Positions 10,697 to 21,055 of a stretch of 64,000 nt of DNA are shown here, piece by piece. Numbering within the stretch: the first letter of the stretch is position 1; the number at the start of each line of letters is the position of its first letter. A model generated the notes under the pieces. That model saw nothing but the letters and a program-made list of their open reading frames with translations, ran no database searches and was not told where the DNA came from. The translations under genes were made by a program, and so were the position numbers. Source of the DNA: Vulcanimicrobiota bacterium (GTDB lineage: Bacteria > Vulcanimicrobiota > Vulcanimicrobiia > Vulcanimicrobiales > Vulcanimicrobiaceae). The DNA is taken from the NCBI GenBank assembly GCA_963777315.1, contig CAVZQC010000004.1, positions 640,001 through 704,000 on the forward strand. The letters run 5' to 3'.

Positions 10697-11222
10697 CGTC
10701 CGCGTCTTGCGCTTCTTCGTCTTCGAGATCGTTGGTATCGAAAATTTCGACGCCGACTTTTCCTTCAGCCGTCGCTCGCACGATCGTTCGCAGCGCCTGC
10801 GCAACGCGACCGCTGCGGCCGATGACTTTGCCGATGTCTTCCGGGTCGACGATCAATTCAATCGAAGCCTGCTCGCCGTTTTCGGGCGGGAAGTTGTCGA
10901 CGATCACTGCGTCCGGTTTCTCGACGAGTTTTTTGGCCAAAAATTCGAGCAGCGCTGCAGCGCGCGCGCGCGCGGCTTCCGGATCGGCCGGTTGCCGGTG
11001 CTGCTGCGATCTGCGCCTGGGAGCCTCGCCGCCCGGCACATAGCGTCGAGAAGTGCCGCGTGCGGGTGTATCCCGGCGCGTGCGGGCAACCTCGTCTTCA
11101 GGTTCCACGTCGTCGATGACCGTTTCGTCGGTTGCGATCTTCCGCGCGCCGAGCGTGGAACGGCGCTCGGTCTCGTCGCCTTCTTCTCCGAAGAGCCCGA
11201 ATTCGTCGTCAAAGGAGCTCAT
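10677..11222 (-). CDS. khpA: KH-domain RNA-binding protein (KhpA-like) with long charged N-terminal extension
   Basis: [32 protein letters not shown]; between rpsP and rimM. Confidence 0.88.
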   Translation of the reverse strand: MSSFDDEFGLFGEEGDETERRSTLGARKIATDETVIDDVEPEDEVARTRRDTPARGTSRRYVPGGEAPRRRSQQHRQPADPEAARARAAALLEFLAKKLVEKPDAVIVDNFPPENGEQASIELIVDPEDIGKVIGRSGRVAQALRTIVRATAEGKVGVEIFDTNDLEDEEAQDADDAIDSE

Positions 11223-11518
11223 GGCTGCGCGCCTTCACTCGACTTGGACTTGCGCTTGGTCTGCGGAACCGGACCCCGTTCCATAATGCCTTTTTCGGCG
11301 AATAAGCGGCGCACCGTATCGGACGGCTGCGCGCCTTTGGCGAGCCAAGCCTTGGCTTTTTCCTCGTTCACGACAACGGTTCGAGGCTCGGTGCGCGGAT
11401 TATAGTGTCCCAGTATCTCGATGAAGCGGCCGTCGCGCGGAGAACGGGCGTCTGCCACTACGAAACGATACGTCGGCTGCTTTTTGGCGCCCATGCGGCG
11501 AAGTCTGATTTTAACCAT
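11219..11518 (-). CDS. rpsP: 30S ribosomal protein S16
   Basis: [34 protein letters not shown]. Confidence 0.98.
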   Translation of the reverse strand: MVKIRLRRMGAKKQPTYRFVVADARSPRDGRFIEILGHYNPRTEPRTVVVNEEKAKAWLAKGAQPSDTVRRLFAEKGIMERGPVPQTKRKSKSSEGAQP

Positions 11519-11548
11519 TACCTTGCTGTCCGTGTACGATGCTGCGCG

Positions 11549-12901
11549 TTAACCACGCGCGTGGTTGATTCCAAGCGGAAGACGCGGCCGCTTTTTGCCG
11601 CCGCCGATGCCCATCTGCTTCATCATTTTGCGAGCTTCTTCAAATCGCTTGACGAGTCGATTGACGTCGGAAACCTGCGTGCCGCTCCCGCGTGCGATGC
11701 GCTTGCGGCGCGAACCGTTCAAGACGTCGGGATTCTGCCGTTCGCGCCGGGTCATCGAGCAAATGATCGCCTCGATTCGCGCGATGTCGGCCTCGGGGAT
11801 TTCGAAGTTCTTGGGCAACGCGCGCGAAAGCCCCGGGATCATCTTTAAAATGTCGGTCATCGAACCCATCTTGCGGACTTGCCGCATCTGATCCAAAAAG
11901 TCGTCCAGCGTAAACTGCGACTTGAGCATCTTCTGCTCGAGGTCTTTGGCCTGCTCGGCGCTATAGACGTTCTGCGTGCGCTCGATGAGGGTAAGCACGT
12001 CGCCCATGCCCAGGATGCGCGATGCAAGGCGATCGGGGTAGAACGGCTCCAGTGCGGAAAGCTTCTCGCCCACGCCGATGAATTTGATCGGAGCGCCCGT
12101 CACACTGTAGATCGAAAGCGCCGCGCCGCCGCGCGTGTCGCCGTCCATTTTGGTCAGAATGACGCCGGTGATGCCCAGACGATCGTGGAAGCCTTTGGCG
12201 ACGGCGGTTGCCTCTTGCCCCGTCATCGCATCGGCGACGAGCAGAATCTCTTTGGGCCCGATCTGCGCTTTGATGCGCTCGAGCTCGACCATCAGCTCGT
12301 CGTCGATCTGCAGGCGTCCGGCCGTATCGACGATGACCGTCGAGAGGCCCAAGCGCTTGGCTTCCGCAACGCCGTCACGCGCGATCGCCACCGGATCGCC
12401 TCGTCCCCTCTCGAATACCGGCAGATCGATCTGATTGCCCAGCGTGCGCAACTGTTCGACGGCTGCAGGACGGTACACGTCCGCGGCAATCAGCAGCGAG
12501 CGGCGTCCCTGTTCTTTCAAACGCAGAGCCAGCTTGCCGGCCTGCGTAGTCTTACCCGAACCCTGCAGGCCTACGAGCATGATGACCGACGGCGGCGCAT
12601 CCGAAAATTGCAGCCGGCCGGCAGTCGAACCCGACGACGAGCCCAGCAGCTCGACCAGTTCGTCGTGAACGATTTTGACTATCGTTTGGGCGGGCGAAAG
12701 CGACGCCATGACGTCGGCGCCGATCGCCTTCTCTTTGATCGTGTTGACGAACGACTTGGCGGCCGAAAGGGAAACGTCCGCCTCGATCAACGCAACGCGC
12801 ACTTCGCGCATCACGTCGTTGACGTCGCTCTCGCTCAACCTGCCTCGGCCGGTAAGGCGCGAAAATATCGCGTTTAACCGGTCGCTGAGTTGATCGAACA
12901 A
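11549..12901 (-). CDS. ffh: Signal recognition particle protein
   Basis: GLQGSGKTT, DTAGRLQID, TKMDGDTRGG, M domain. Confidence 0.98.
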   Translation of the reverse strand: MFDQLSDRLNAIFSRLTGRGRLSESDVNDVMREVRVALIEADVSLSAAKSFVNTIKEKAIGADVMASLSPAQTIVKIVHDELVELLGSSSGSTAGRLQFSDAPPSVIMLVGLQGSGKTTQAGKLALRLKEQGRRSLLIAADVYRPAAVEQLRTLGNQIDLPVFERGRGDPVAIARDGVAEAKRLGLSTVIVDTAGRLQIDDELMVELERIKAQIGPKEILLVADAMTGQEATAVAKGFHDRLGITGVILTKMDGDTRGGAALSIYSVTGAPIKFIGVGEKLSALEPFYPDRLASRILGMGDVLTLIERTQNVYSAEQAKDLEQKMLKSQFTLDDFLDQMRQVRKMGSMTDILKMIPGLSRALPKNFEIPEADIARIEAIICSMTRRERQNPDVLNGSRRKRIARGSGTQVSDVNRLVKRFEEARKMMKQMGIGGGKKRPRLPLGINHARG

Positions 12902-12904
12902 GAA

Positions 12905-13147
12905 CTATTCCTTGGCCGTGGCATCTTCGACGCGTTTGACCGCATCGCCGACGGTTTTGATTTTTTCAGCTTCTTCGTCCGGAATGTCGATGTTGAACTC
13001 GGTCTCGAAGGCCATCACGAGCTCGACCTGGTCGAGGGAGTCAGCGCCGAGATCGTCGGTGATTGAAGCTTCCGGCGTCACTTCGGACTCGTCGACGCCG
13101 AGCTGCTCGACGATGATCTTCTTGACTTTATCGAACGTGGTGGGCAT
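12905..13147 (-). CDS. acpP: Acyl carrier protein
   Basis: [17 protein letters not shown]. Confidence 0.98.
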   Translation of the reverse strand: MPTTFDKVKKIIVEQLGVDESEVTPEASITDDLGADSLDQVELVMAFETEFNIDIPDEEAEKIKTVGDAVKRVEDATAKE

Positions 13148-13162
13148 AGGTCTCCTATCTGC

Positions 13163-13906
13163 TTACATTAAAACGCCGCCGTCGACCACCAGGGTTTGCC
13201 CCGTGATGTATCCAGCAGCTTCCGAACAAAGAAAAGTGACTACTCCGCTGACGTCTTCGGGTTTACCGGGGCGCCCCAGCGCCGTTTGTCTGAGCAAATA
13301 CTCGCGCGCCTCTTCGGGCATCTTCTCGGTCATCGCCGTTTGGATGAGGCCCGGCGCGACGGCGTTGACTCTTATGTTCCTCGAACCCAATTCCTTTGCT
13401 AGGGACTTGGTCAAGCCGAGCAGGCCCGCCTTGGCGGCGGCATAGGCCGCTTGCCCGGCGTTGCCCATGATGCCGACGATGCTCGACATCAAGACGATGG
13501 ACCCCGAGCGCTGCTTCATCATCGGCTTGGCCACCGCGCCGCAGAGATAAAATGCCGACTTGAGGTTCACCGAGAGCGCCTGCTCGATAGCCTCGGGCTT
13601 GAGGCGAAGCAGCAGCGCATCGACGCTCTGCCCGGCGTTGCCGACCGCAAAATCAACTCGCCCAAAGGCGGATAGCGTCTGAGAAACGATCTCGCCGACG
13701 GCCTGCGGATCCGCAGCATCGCCCGTGAGCACGAGCGTTTGCGCTGCGCCACGTGCGGATGTGCACGCAGCGACGGTCTGCTCGAGCGCCTCCCGGTCGC
13801 GCCCGACCAACGCAACGCAGGCGCCGTTTTTTGCGAGATCGACGGCAACCGCGCGGCCGATGCCGCGGCTTGCGCCGGTCACGATCGCGATCTTGCCTTC
13901 GAACAT
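13163..13906 (-). CDS. fabG: 3-oxoacyl-ACP reductase
   Basis: TGASRGIG; GNAGQAAYAAAK; in fab operon. Confidence 0.95.
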   Translation of the reverse strand: MFEGKIAIVTGASRGIGRAVAVDLAKNGACVALVGRDREALEQTVAACTSARGAAQTLVLTGDAADPQAVGEIVSQTLSAFGRVDFAVGNAGQSVDALLLRLKPEAIEQALSVNLKSAFYLCGAVAKPMMKQRSGSIVLMSSIVGIMGNAGQAAYAAAKAGLLGLTKSLAKELGSRNIRVNAVAPGLIQTAMTEKMPEEAREYLLRQTALGRPGKPEDVSGVVTFLCSEAAGYITGQTLVVDGGVLM

Positions 13907-13913
13907 TGCGCGA

Positions 13914-14872
13914 TTACCGGTTCTGCGCGGGCTGCGGATCGGCGAGCATTGCGCGCAGCTTTTCTACGCCGGCGTAATCCGATACGTTCAACACTTCGCG
14001 CGCGCCCGCAATGCGTTTCATGAGCGGAGCAAGCACCGGCGCAGCGCCGAATTCCACGACGACGTCCGGTTCGTATGCCAGCAGCCGTTGGGCCGTGTCG
14101 TGCCAGCGCACTTCGTCGGTAATCGAACGCATGAGATTTCGCCTGATCGTTTCGACGTCGCGATAAGGCAACGCGTCGACGTTGGAGACCACGTCGAAAT
14201 TCGGCAGGCGCAAATTACCCGCTGCAACGGCTCGCGCAAAGCGCTCGACGGCCGGTTCCATGAGCCGGCTGTGCCACGCGCCGGATACATTGAGCGGCAC
14301 GACGCGCTTTGCGCCCGCTTCGAGCAGCGCCTCGCCGGCGGCTTGCACCGCCGCGAGATCGCCGCTGATGACGATTTGCGCGGGCGAATTGAAGTTGGCC
14401 AGCTGCAAGAGTCCCGCTCCGCGCGACGTAATGCGTTCGACGATCTCGCGAATTCGGGGTGCGGGCATGCCTAAAACGGCCGACATGCCGCCTTGCGCGC
14501 GTTCGGCCGCATCCTGCATTGCTTTTCCACGTTCGTCGACGATGCGCAGTGCTTCTACGAACGAGAGCGCGCCGGCAATCGTGAGACTGCAGAACTCCCC
14601 AAACGAGTGACCTGCGCTGGCAATGGGCTCGAGCGCATCGCCGACGGCGCGATACAACGCGACGTTGGTGGCGAATATGGCAGGCTGGCTAAACTTGGTT
14701 TCACGCAGCTTCTCTTCGGGCCCGCAGCGCTGCATCTCGAGCAGATCGTAACCCAGCACCGCAGCGCACTGCGAAAAAAGATCTGCGGCGGCTTGCGAAT
14801 GACGCGCTACGTCGACTCCCATGCCGACAAGCTGCGAGCCCTGTCCGGGAAAAATAACTGCAACGCGCTTGC

Positions 14873-14876
<4 letters not shown>
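13914..14876 (-). CDS. fabD: Malonyl-CoA:ACP transacylase
   Basis: FPGQGSQ, GHSFGE, VSGAWHS; start at ATG 14876 overlapping fabH stop. Confidence 0.96.
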
Positions 14877-15883
<1,007 letters not shown>

Positions 15884-15886
15884 CGC

Positions 15887-16093
15887 CTACCCGTGAGAAT
15901 GGCCGGAGCGATCGTCCTGTATTTCAATGACCTCGCGTCCGGCATACGTTCCGCATTGTCCGCAGGCAAAATGCGGACGCTTGGGCGCGTGGCACTGCGG
16001 ACATTCGACCGTCGTTACCGGATTGAGCTTCCAGTTTGCCGCCCGGCGGCTGCGCGTCTTACTGCGCGGGGTTTTCCACTTGAGGTTGGCCAC
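15887..16093 (-). CDS. rpmF: 50S ribosomal protein L32 (Zn-ribbon form)
   Basis: KTPRSKTRSRRA..CPQC..RPHFACGQCGTY. Confidence 0.95.
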   Translation of the reverse strand: MANLKWKTPRSKTRSRRAANWKLNPVTTVECPQCHAPKRPHFACGQCGTYAGREVIEIQDDRSGHSHG

Positions 16094-16558
16094 TTAATCA
16101 CTCTCCATTACACACGTGCACGCGACCGTATTTCTGTTCTCGCCGCAGGACGCGCAAAGGCCTTTACAGTCCGCTGCGCACAGCACGTTGAGCGGAACGG
16201 CGCCAAAAAGCAGTTGCGTCGCCAAATCCCGTACGTCCAATCGATCTCCGGCCAGCACGTTGCTCGTACCGAACGGATCGCTTTGCGCGTCCGGCCCGGT
16301 GTCGAGCTGCTCTTCAACGTCGACGTGCAATGTCCGATCGACGTCGGCCAAACATCGGTTGCACTCCCCGTAAAAGCTCGCGTCGATCGATCCCGCGATC
16401 TCCAGCATGTTCCCCGAAGACTGCATGGTGAGATGCACGGCTGCCGGAGCGAAGCGCACGCCCTCGAACGGCTCGAGCTCGACGTGCTGATCGAGCACGA
16501 GTCGCTGTCTGCCCCCTGCAAGCAAGCCGCCGACGTCAACTTTGTACGATGAAGCCAT
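16094..16558 (-). CDS. yceD: DUF177/YceD family protein
   Basis: ECNRCL and LCAADCKGLCASCGEN; upstream of rpmF. Confidence 0.9.
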   Translation of the reverse strand: MASSYKVDVGGLLAGGRQRLVLDQHVELEPFEGVRFAPAAVHLTMQSSGNMLEIAGSIDASFYGECNRCLADVDRTLHVDVEEQLDTGPDAQSDPFGTSNVLAGDRLDVRDLATQLLFGAVPLNVLCAADCKGLCASCGENRNTVACTCVMESD

Positions 16559-16666
16559 AACATAGAGGAAGGCCGCCCGGCGATTGGGGGGCCTTCTAAA
16601 CGCAGACATTGTAGACGGCGCGGAAGCGCCTTGTCAAACGACCGGCCCGGCGGGATTGAACTCCCG

Positions 16667-17392
16667 ATGAACACCATAACCAATCCGACGGCGTCCACTG
16701 CGGCCTTGGCCGGCCGCGGGGTCGCCTTCGCTCGGGACATTAGCGGCGCGGCAGCCCGGCACGGGCTCGACCCGCGCCTGCTGGCCGCGGTGGCGGCCCA
16801 AGAGACCGGCGGCCCCGGCAGCAATGCCGGCCACAATGTGGTGGGCGACGGGGGCCACGGTCACGGGCTCTTCCAAATCGACGACCGGTTCCACAGCTTT
16901 GCCGCCACGCCGGCCGCCATGGATCCTACGGCGAACGCCGATTACGCGGCGCGGATGATAACCGGACTGCTGAACCGGTACGGCGGCGACGTGCACAAAG
17001 CGCTCTCGGCATACAACGCAGGCGATCCGAACGCGCGCGGCACCGTAACCCAGTGGCCGGACGGCGCGCGTCTGGGTTACGCGGATTCGGTCTTGCGCCA
17101 TTATGCCATGCTCTCCGGGGGCAGCCCGCAAACATCCCCGAGCACGCCTTCCGTGCCCACGCACGATGCGCTATTGGATGAAATGAGCGCCGAAAGCGCC
17201 GCCGAGCAGAGCGGCGTCAATGCGCTGTCGTCGTTCGCGCTGCAGCTGCCCGCGATGCAGCAGCAGCCATCCTATTCGTATCGTCAGCTCGCGGGGTTGG
17301 ACGACAACGGCAACGGCAACCACGCTTCCGCGCTGGGCTCTATCGTCGATCCGGATTCGGACCCCGACGACGGCGCGGACCTTGTTCTTTGA
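16667..17392 (+). CDS. Lytic transglycosylase (SLT domain) with acidic low-complexity C-terminal tail
   Basis: LLAAVAAQET (catalytic E), GLFQID, ALSAYNAG; no signal peptide; start could also be TTG 16631. Confidence 0.88.
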   Translation: MNTITNPTASTAALAGRGVAFARDISGAAARHGLDPRLLAAVAAQETGGPGSNAGHNVVGDGGHGHGLFQIDDRFHSFAATPAAMDPTANADYAARMITGLLNRYGGDVHKALSAYNAGDPNARGTVTQWPDGARLGYADSVLRHYAMLSGGSPQTSPSTPSVPTHDALLDEMSAESAAEQSGVNALSSFALQLPAMQQQPSYSYRQLAGLDDNGNGNHASALGSIVDPDSDPDDGADLVL

Positions 17393-17439
17393 GATCGACT
17401 GCGTGATTGGCAACGCGACGAGACATGTGAGGAGCTGAA

Positions 17440-17820
17440 ATGGGTTTCAATATCGGTAGCGGCTTGATGGCCGGAATCCAAGGCTTTCTGGAAACGGGTA
17501 ATCCCGCAGCCGGAGTGGCAATGGGCGTAGCGGGCGGTCTGGCGGGCGGCGGTGCGACTGCCGGCAACCTCAGCGGCGCGCTCGGTAACGGGGAAATGGG
17601 TCTGCTCGATGCGCAAGACGAGCAGTTTCAAGTGCAGATGTACGCCGAGCAGATGCGCCATCAAGAGCAAATGCAGCTGCAGTCGCAAGCCTTCGATGAA
17701 ATGATGGACGAGAAATCAGAGCAGATGCGTGAAGTCAATACACTGCGCGACGTTCAGATGGCCCAGCGTAAAGCGGACAATCAGATCACCAAGAAGTTCA
17801 TCGAGTCGATCACCGAATGA
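17440..17820 (+). CDS. Small Gly-rich, Gln/Met-rich helical protein; candidate filament/needle-type subunit
   Basis: GAGGAG SD; C-terminal 40 aa are 20/40 identical to the next ORF. Confidence 0.8.
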   Translation: MGFNIGSGLMAGIQGFLETGNPAAGVAMGVAGGLAGGGATAGNLSGALGNGEMGLLDAQDEQFQVQMYAEQMRHQEQMQLQSQAFDEMMDEKSEQMREVNTLRDVQMAQRKADNQITKKFIESITE

Positions 17821-18023
17821 TCGACCGTACCAGGATGGCGCCGCGCGGCACGACGCCGAAAACGCCCGCCGACGGTGCGGTGGCTGCTCAGCAAGCGCAG
17901 TTCGACCAATCCATGGAGGAACGCGCGGAACTCGAACGCGAGGCCAACGTCCTGCGCGACATGATGCTCGCCCAGCTCAAAGCCGACGACGAGGTCCTCA
18001 AGAAGTACATCGCGATGATATAA
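17817..18023 (+). CDS. Small helical paralog of the preceding protein
   Basis: ATGA overlap with 17440..17820; shared FD..M.E..E..RE.N.LRD...AQ.KAD....KK.I..I. Confidence 0.8.
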   Translation: MIDRTRMAPRGTTPKTPADGAVAAQQAQFDQSMEERAELEREANVLRDMMLAQLKADDEVLKKYIAMI

Positions 18024-18062
18024 CGACTGCCTGTGGCCCGAGCAGAGGGGGCTTGCCGCATA

Positions 18063-18071
18063 TGGTAAAAT
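18063..18071 (+). promoter_or_regulatory. Extended -10 promoter of tRNA-Ile
   Basis: TGGTAAAAT ending 12 nt before the tRNA. Confidence 0.55.
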
Positions 18072-18083
18072 CCTTTTCTGTAC

Positions 18084-18160
18084 GGGCCATTAGCTCAGTT
18101 GGTTAGAGCGCATGCTTGATAAGCATGAGGTCCCAAGTTCGACCCTTGGATGGCCCACCA
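18084..18160 (+). tRNA. tRNA-Ile (GAT), CCA encoded
   Basis: Cloverleaf; anticodon arm CATGC-TT-GAT-AA-GCATG. Confidence 0.97.
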
Positions 18161-18167
18161 TTGCGGC

Positions 18168-18198
18168 AGAGAAGCTCCCCGGGCGCGGGAGCTTTTCT
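18168..18198. terminator. Bidirectional intrinsic terminator between tRNA-Ile and the multicopper oxidase
   Basis: AGAGAAGCTCCC / GGGAGCTTTTCT hairpin between convergent genes. Confidence 0.7.
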
Positions 18199-20105
18199 CA
18201 TATCACGCGGATAATGGCCATCATGCCGTGATCTTCGTGGTACAGCATATGGCAATGGAACACGAACGTACCGCGCGGCACGTGGCGGAAGTCGACCAGC
18301 ACCTTGGTAATGCTCGGACGCATCAGCGGGGAATCCGGATCCTTGCGGTTGGGCATCAGCTTTCCGACGGGCACGAACACCACGTCGTTCGTCATGGGCA
18401 TCCCGCCAAGACCGTGCTCCAGCACGAACGCCATTTGATGAATGTGGAATGCGTGCGCTTCCAAAGTCGTGTTGATCAGATACCATCCTTCGATCGTGCC
18501 GGCTTTTACGGTGACGTCGGCATTCCGCGGAATCATGCCGCCCGCAGAGAAGACCGGCCAGAACGAATGTTCTTGGAATCGAGGATTCGTCGTGTCGGTG
18601 ACGTGATATGAAAGATGCGCCGGATTCTTTTTTGAAACGCTCGGCAGCAGATATTCCGTAAACGTGATCGCTCTTCGGTGAATCGCCCAGGGATGCGTGT
18701 GCGCGAAGGCGACAAGGCGCGCAGCAGGCGTTTGCGCGACCTGCACCGGCACGGAGGCGACGGTTTCGGGTTGGGCTTTGCCGTCCGTAGCCGCTTGAAT
18801 CCGTACAAGTTCGTGCCGCATTTGAAAGAACGCTTCCGAACCTTCACAAAAATGCTCGCTGGAGAGCGTCAATTCTTCGCCCGGCACCATGGTCAGCAGC
18901 ACGGCTGCGCGAGACGACGGTGACAGCATCACCTGATTCATCGAAACATAACGCGCTAAGGGATGCGCCGCATCGCCCGTAACCGGGATCCCGTCGAGTG
19001 CGACGACTCGCAGTGCTTGCAGCCGTCCGCGCGCATCCCGCAGCTGCAGCGCTTTCGGGGAATCGGACGTCGCGTTCACGAGCCGGAGCAGCTGCGTTCG
19101 TCCGGCGGGCAAACGCAACGACGCAGGCGTGGCGGCTCCGTCGATGTCGAGCAGAGGCTCGGGCCCTACGCCGTCGCAACCGTCGGGGTTGAGCCGGACG
19201 GAGCCGGCTTGCACCGGGGTGCTGACCGGCCACGGCGGCGGATCGAACGGATTGTAAGCAGGCGTGGGGCCGGGTTTAAGCGCTTTTACGTCGGCTTCGG
19301 CAGCATCGTCGAGCGCGGACGTGTCGGGAACGAACTCGTTGTCGAAAATAACCGGCAAGCGGTACCGCAGCACGATGAGATGTTCGTCCGACGGCGCAAG
19401 CTGCGGCGCTTTGGGATCGACGATCCACGCACCGGACAAGCCGCCTGCGACTTGCGTGCGAGACATACCGTGCGCGTGCGGGTGATAAAAATAGGTCCCG
19501 GGAGGCTGCGTGCGCGGTATCGTTATGGAGTATTCGCACGCGTGCATCGGCGTGCTCAGCGTCGAGAGAAAGACGTTCTCCTGGTCGGCCGGCCCTTGAA
19601 AGCCGTGCAGGTGGATGTTCGTATCGAGCGGGGGCAAGTGGATGTACCGATCGCTCATCGTATGGTTTAAATAGCCGACATAGCGGACCACCGGACCAGC
19701 CGGCATCGGCATGGGCATGCACTTGGGAATCGCGCCGGCAGCAACGTGCTCGCCCGCGCTTTGTCCCGCGATGTCGTTGACGATGCGAAGCGCAAAATGC
19801 TCGCCGGGACGCACGTGGACCGCGGGAGGCACCGTCTGCACTGCGCCGTGCCAGGAATACCTGTAGCAGAATCGTTCACCGTCGCGGTGAACGGCCAAGA
19901 TGAGCTCGTGCTCGCCGCGGTCGTTGAGCGGCAGATCCCGAACGTCGACGTTGGGCGGTTCGATGATGTCGTGCGACTGCGGGGGCGGCGCGCACGTGGA
20001 AACGTGCCGCAGGGGAGAAGCGACGGCCGCGGGTTGTGCGGCGATGGCACCCGGCCAAGCTGCAGCAAACACGAGCGCCGGCCAAACGATAAGGCGGATG
20101 CTCAC
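18198..20105 (-). CDS. Secreted multicopper oxidase
   Basis: NIHLHG, YHPHAHG, HAFHIH, HCHMLYHEDHGMM copper motifs; signal peptide. Confidence 0.93.
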   Translation of the reverse strand: MSIRLIVWPALVFAAAWPGAIAAQPAAVASPLRHVSTCAPPPQSHDIIEPPNVDVRDLPLNDRGEHELILAVHRDGERFCYRYSWHGAVQTVPPAVHVRPGEHFALRIVNDIAGQSAGEHVAAGAIPKCMPMPMPAGPVVRYVGYLNHTMSDRYIHLPPLDTNIHLHGFQGPADQENVFLSTLSTPMHACEYSITIPRTQPPGTYFYHPHAHGMSRTQVAGGLSGAWIVDPKAPQLAPSDEHLIVLRYRLPVIFDNEFVPDTSALDDAAEADVKALKPGPTPAYNPFDPPPWPVSTPVQAGSVRLNPDGCDGVGPEPLLDIDGAATPASLRLPAGRTQLLRLVNATSDSPKALQLRDARGRLQALRVVALDGIPVTGDAAHPLARYVSMNQVMLSPSSRAAVLLTMVPGEELTLSSEHFCEGSEAFFQMRHELVRIQAATDGKAQPETVASVPVQVAQTPAARLVAFAHTHPWAIHRRAITFTEYLLPSVSKKNPAHLSYHVTDTTNPRFQEHSFWPVFSAGGMIPRNADVTVKAGTIEGWYLINTTLEAHAFHIHQMAFVLEHGLGGMPMTNDVVFVPVGKLMPNRKDPDSPLMRPSITKVLVDFRHVPRGTFVFHCHMLYHEDHGMMAIIRVI

Positions 20106-20140
20106 CAGAGGATTATGAGCGTTTGGTCTCCGGCGCTACA

Positions 20141-21055
20141 TTAATGAGGCGTAATGGCACCGTCATCCTCCGGCGGCTCGACGAGCGTTTCGGGCACCTC
20201 CCCCGAGTGGACGAGAAAGTTGCCCCACGTCTGCAGGGGCGAAATCGCGCGCGCTTTGATATCCGTAAAAGCGATCGACGCTTGGTCGTACGCGCGGCGG
20301 TCCAGTACGAATCCGGTTTGCGCGCGCTCGCTCGCAATGTAGGCAGCACCGTCGATTTGCGTAAAATCGACGGTCCATTTTACGCCCGACAGTTGCGGCG
20401 CGGTGAAGTTGCCCTGCGTGACCAGCCTATCCGTGGCGAATGTGCCGTAGTTCACCCACAGTTCGCGCAGGCGATAACGATTCGGATTAGCGACAGGCTT
20501 GAGCGACAAATGATAATCGGCATGACCCGCGATATCGTTCATGCCGTCGAACGTTATCACGTAACGCCGGCGTACGACCTCAACCGCAGCGATGGTTTTC
20601 AGCGTTGAATTTTCCGCCCGAGGCGCAGGCACGCGCGCCGGCGAATCGCCGAACTCGCGGCGAATTTGCGCTACGAGCCGCATGCCGTCGTCGGTTTGTG
20701 CGCTTTGCGCCGCGTACGGTGCAACGCCGAAAGAATAGTTTGGAGCCAGTTCCGGAACGCCCAGATAGTCGAAGGTGCGCTGCGGTGCGCTCAGCGGTAT
20801 GCTCCCCCCGAACAGATTGAGATACGTGTTTATGCCGTGGGGCGTATACGGATGCGCGATCTCTTCGTCGCTTGCCGCATTAGCGTAGACGCGATCGGTT
20901 GCAGAATCGTATGCGACGTGATAGTGCGCCTGCGCTGTTGCTCCGCCATGCACGACCCTTACCACGATTCCGTATGACAACGCCCGCGGATAAGCCGCCT
21001 GCAGCCAATGCAGACGCGCCTTGGCGAAGACGGCATACGGATCGGGTACAGTCAG
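20141..21055 (-). CDS. Hypothetical beta-rich protein, paralog-like to 21052 and 40532; probable CTG start
   Basis: Frame stays open upstream of TTG 20980 (LTVPDPYAVFAKARLHW) back to a CTGA overlap with the upstream stop. Confidence 0.65.
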   Translation of the reverse strand: MTVPDPYAVFAKARLHWLQAAYPRALSYGIVVRVVHGGATAQAHYHVAYDSATDRVYANAASDEEIAHPYTPHGINTYLNLFGGSIPLSAPQRTFDYLGVPELAPNYSFGVAPYAAQSAQTDDGMRLVAQIRREFGDSPARVPAPRAENSTLKTIAAVEVVRRRYVITFDGMNDIAGHADYHLSLKPVANPNRYRLRELWVNYGTFATDRLVTQGNFTAPQLSGVKWTVDFTQIDGAAYIASERAQTGFVLDRRAYDQASIAFTDIKARAISPLQTWGNFLVHSGEVPETLVEPPEDDGAITPH

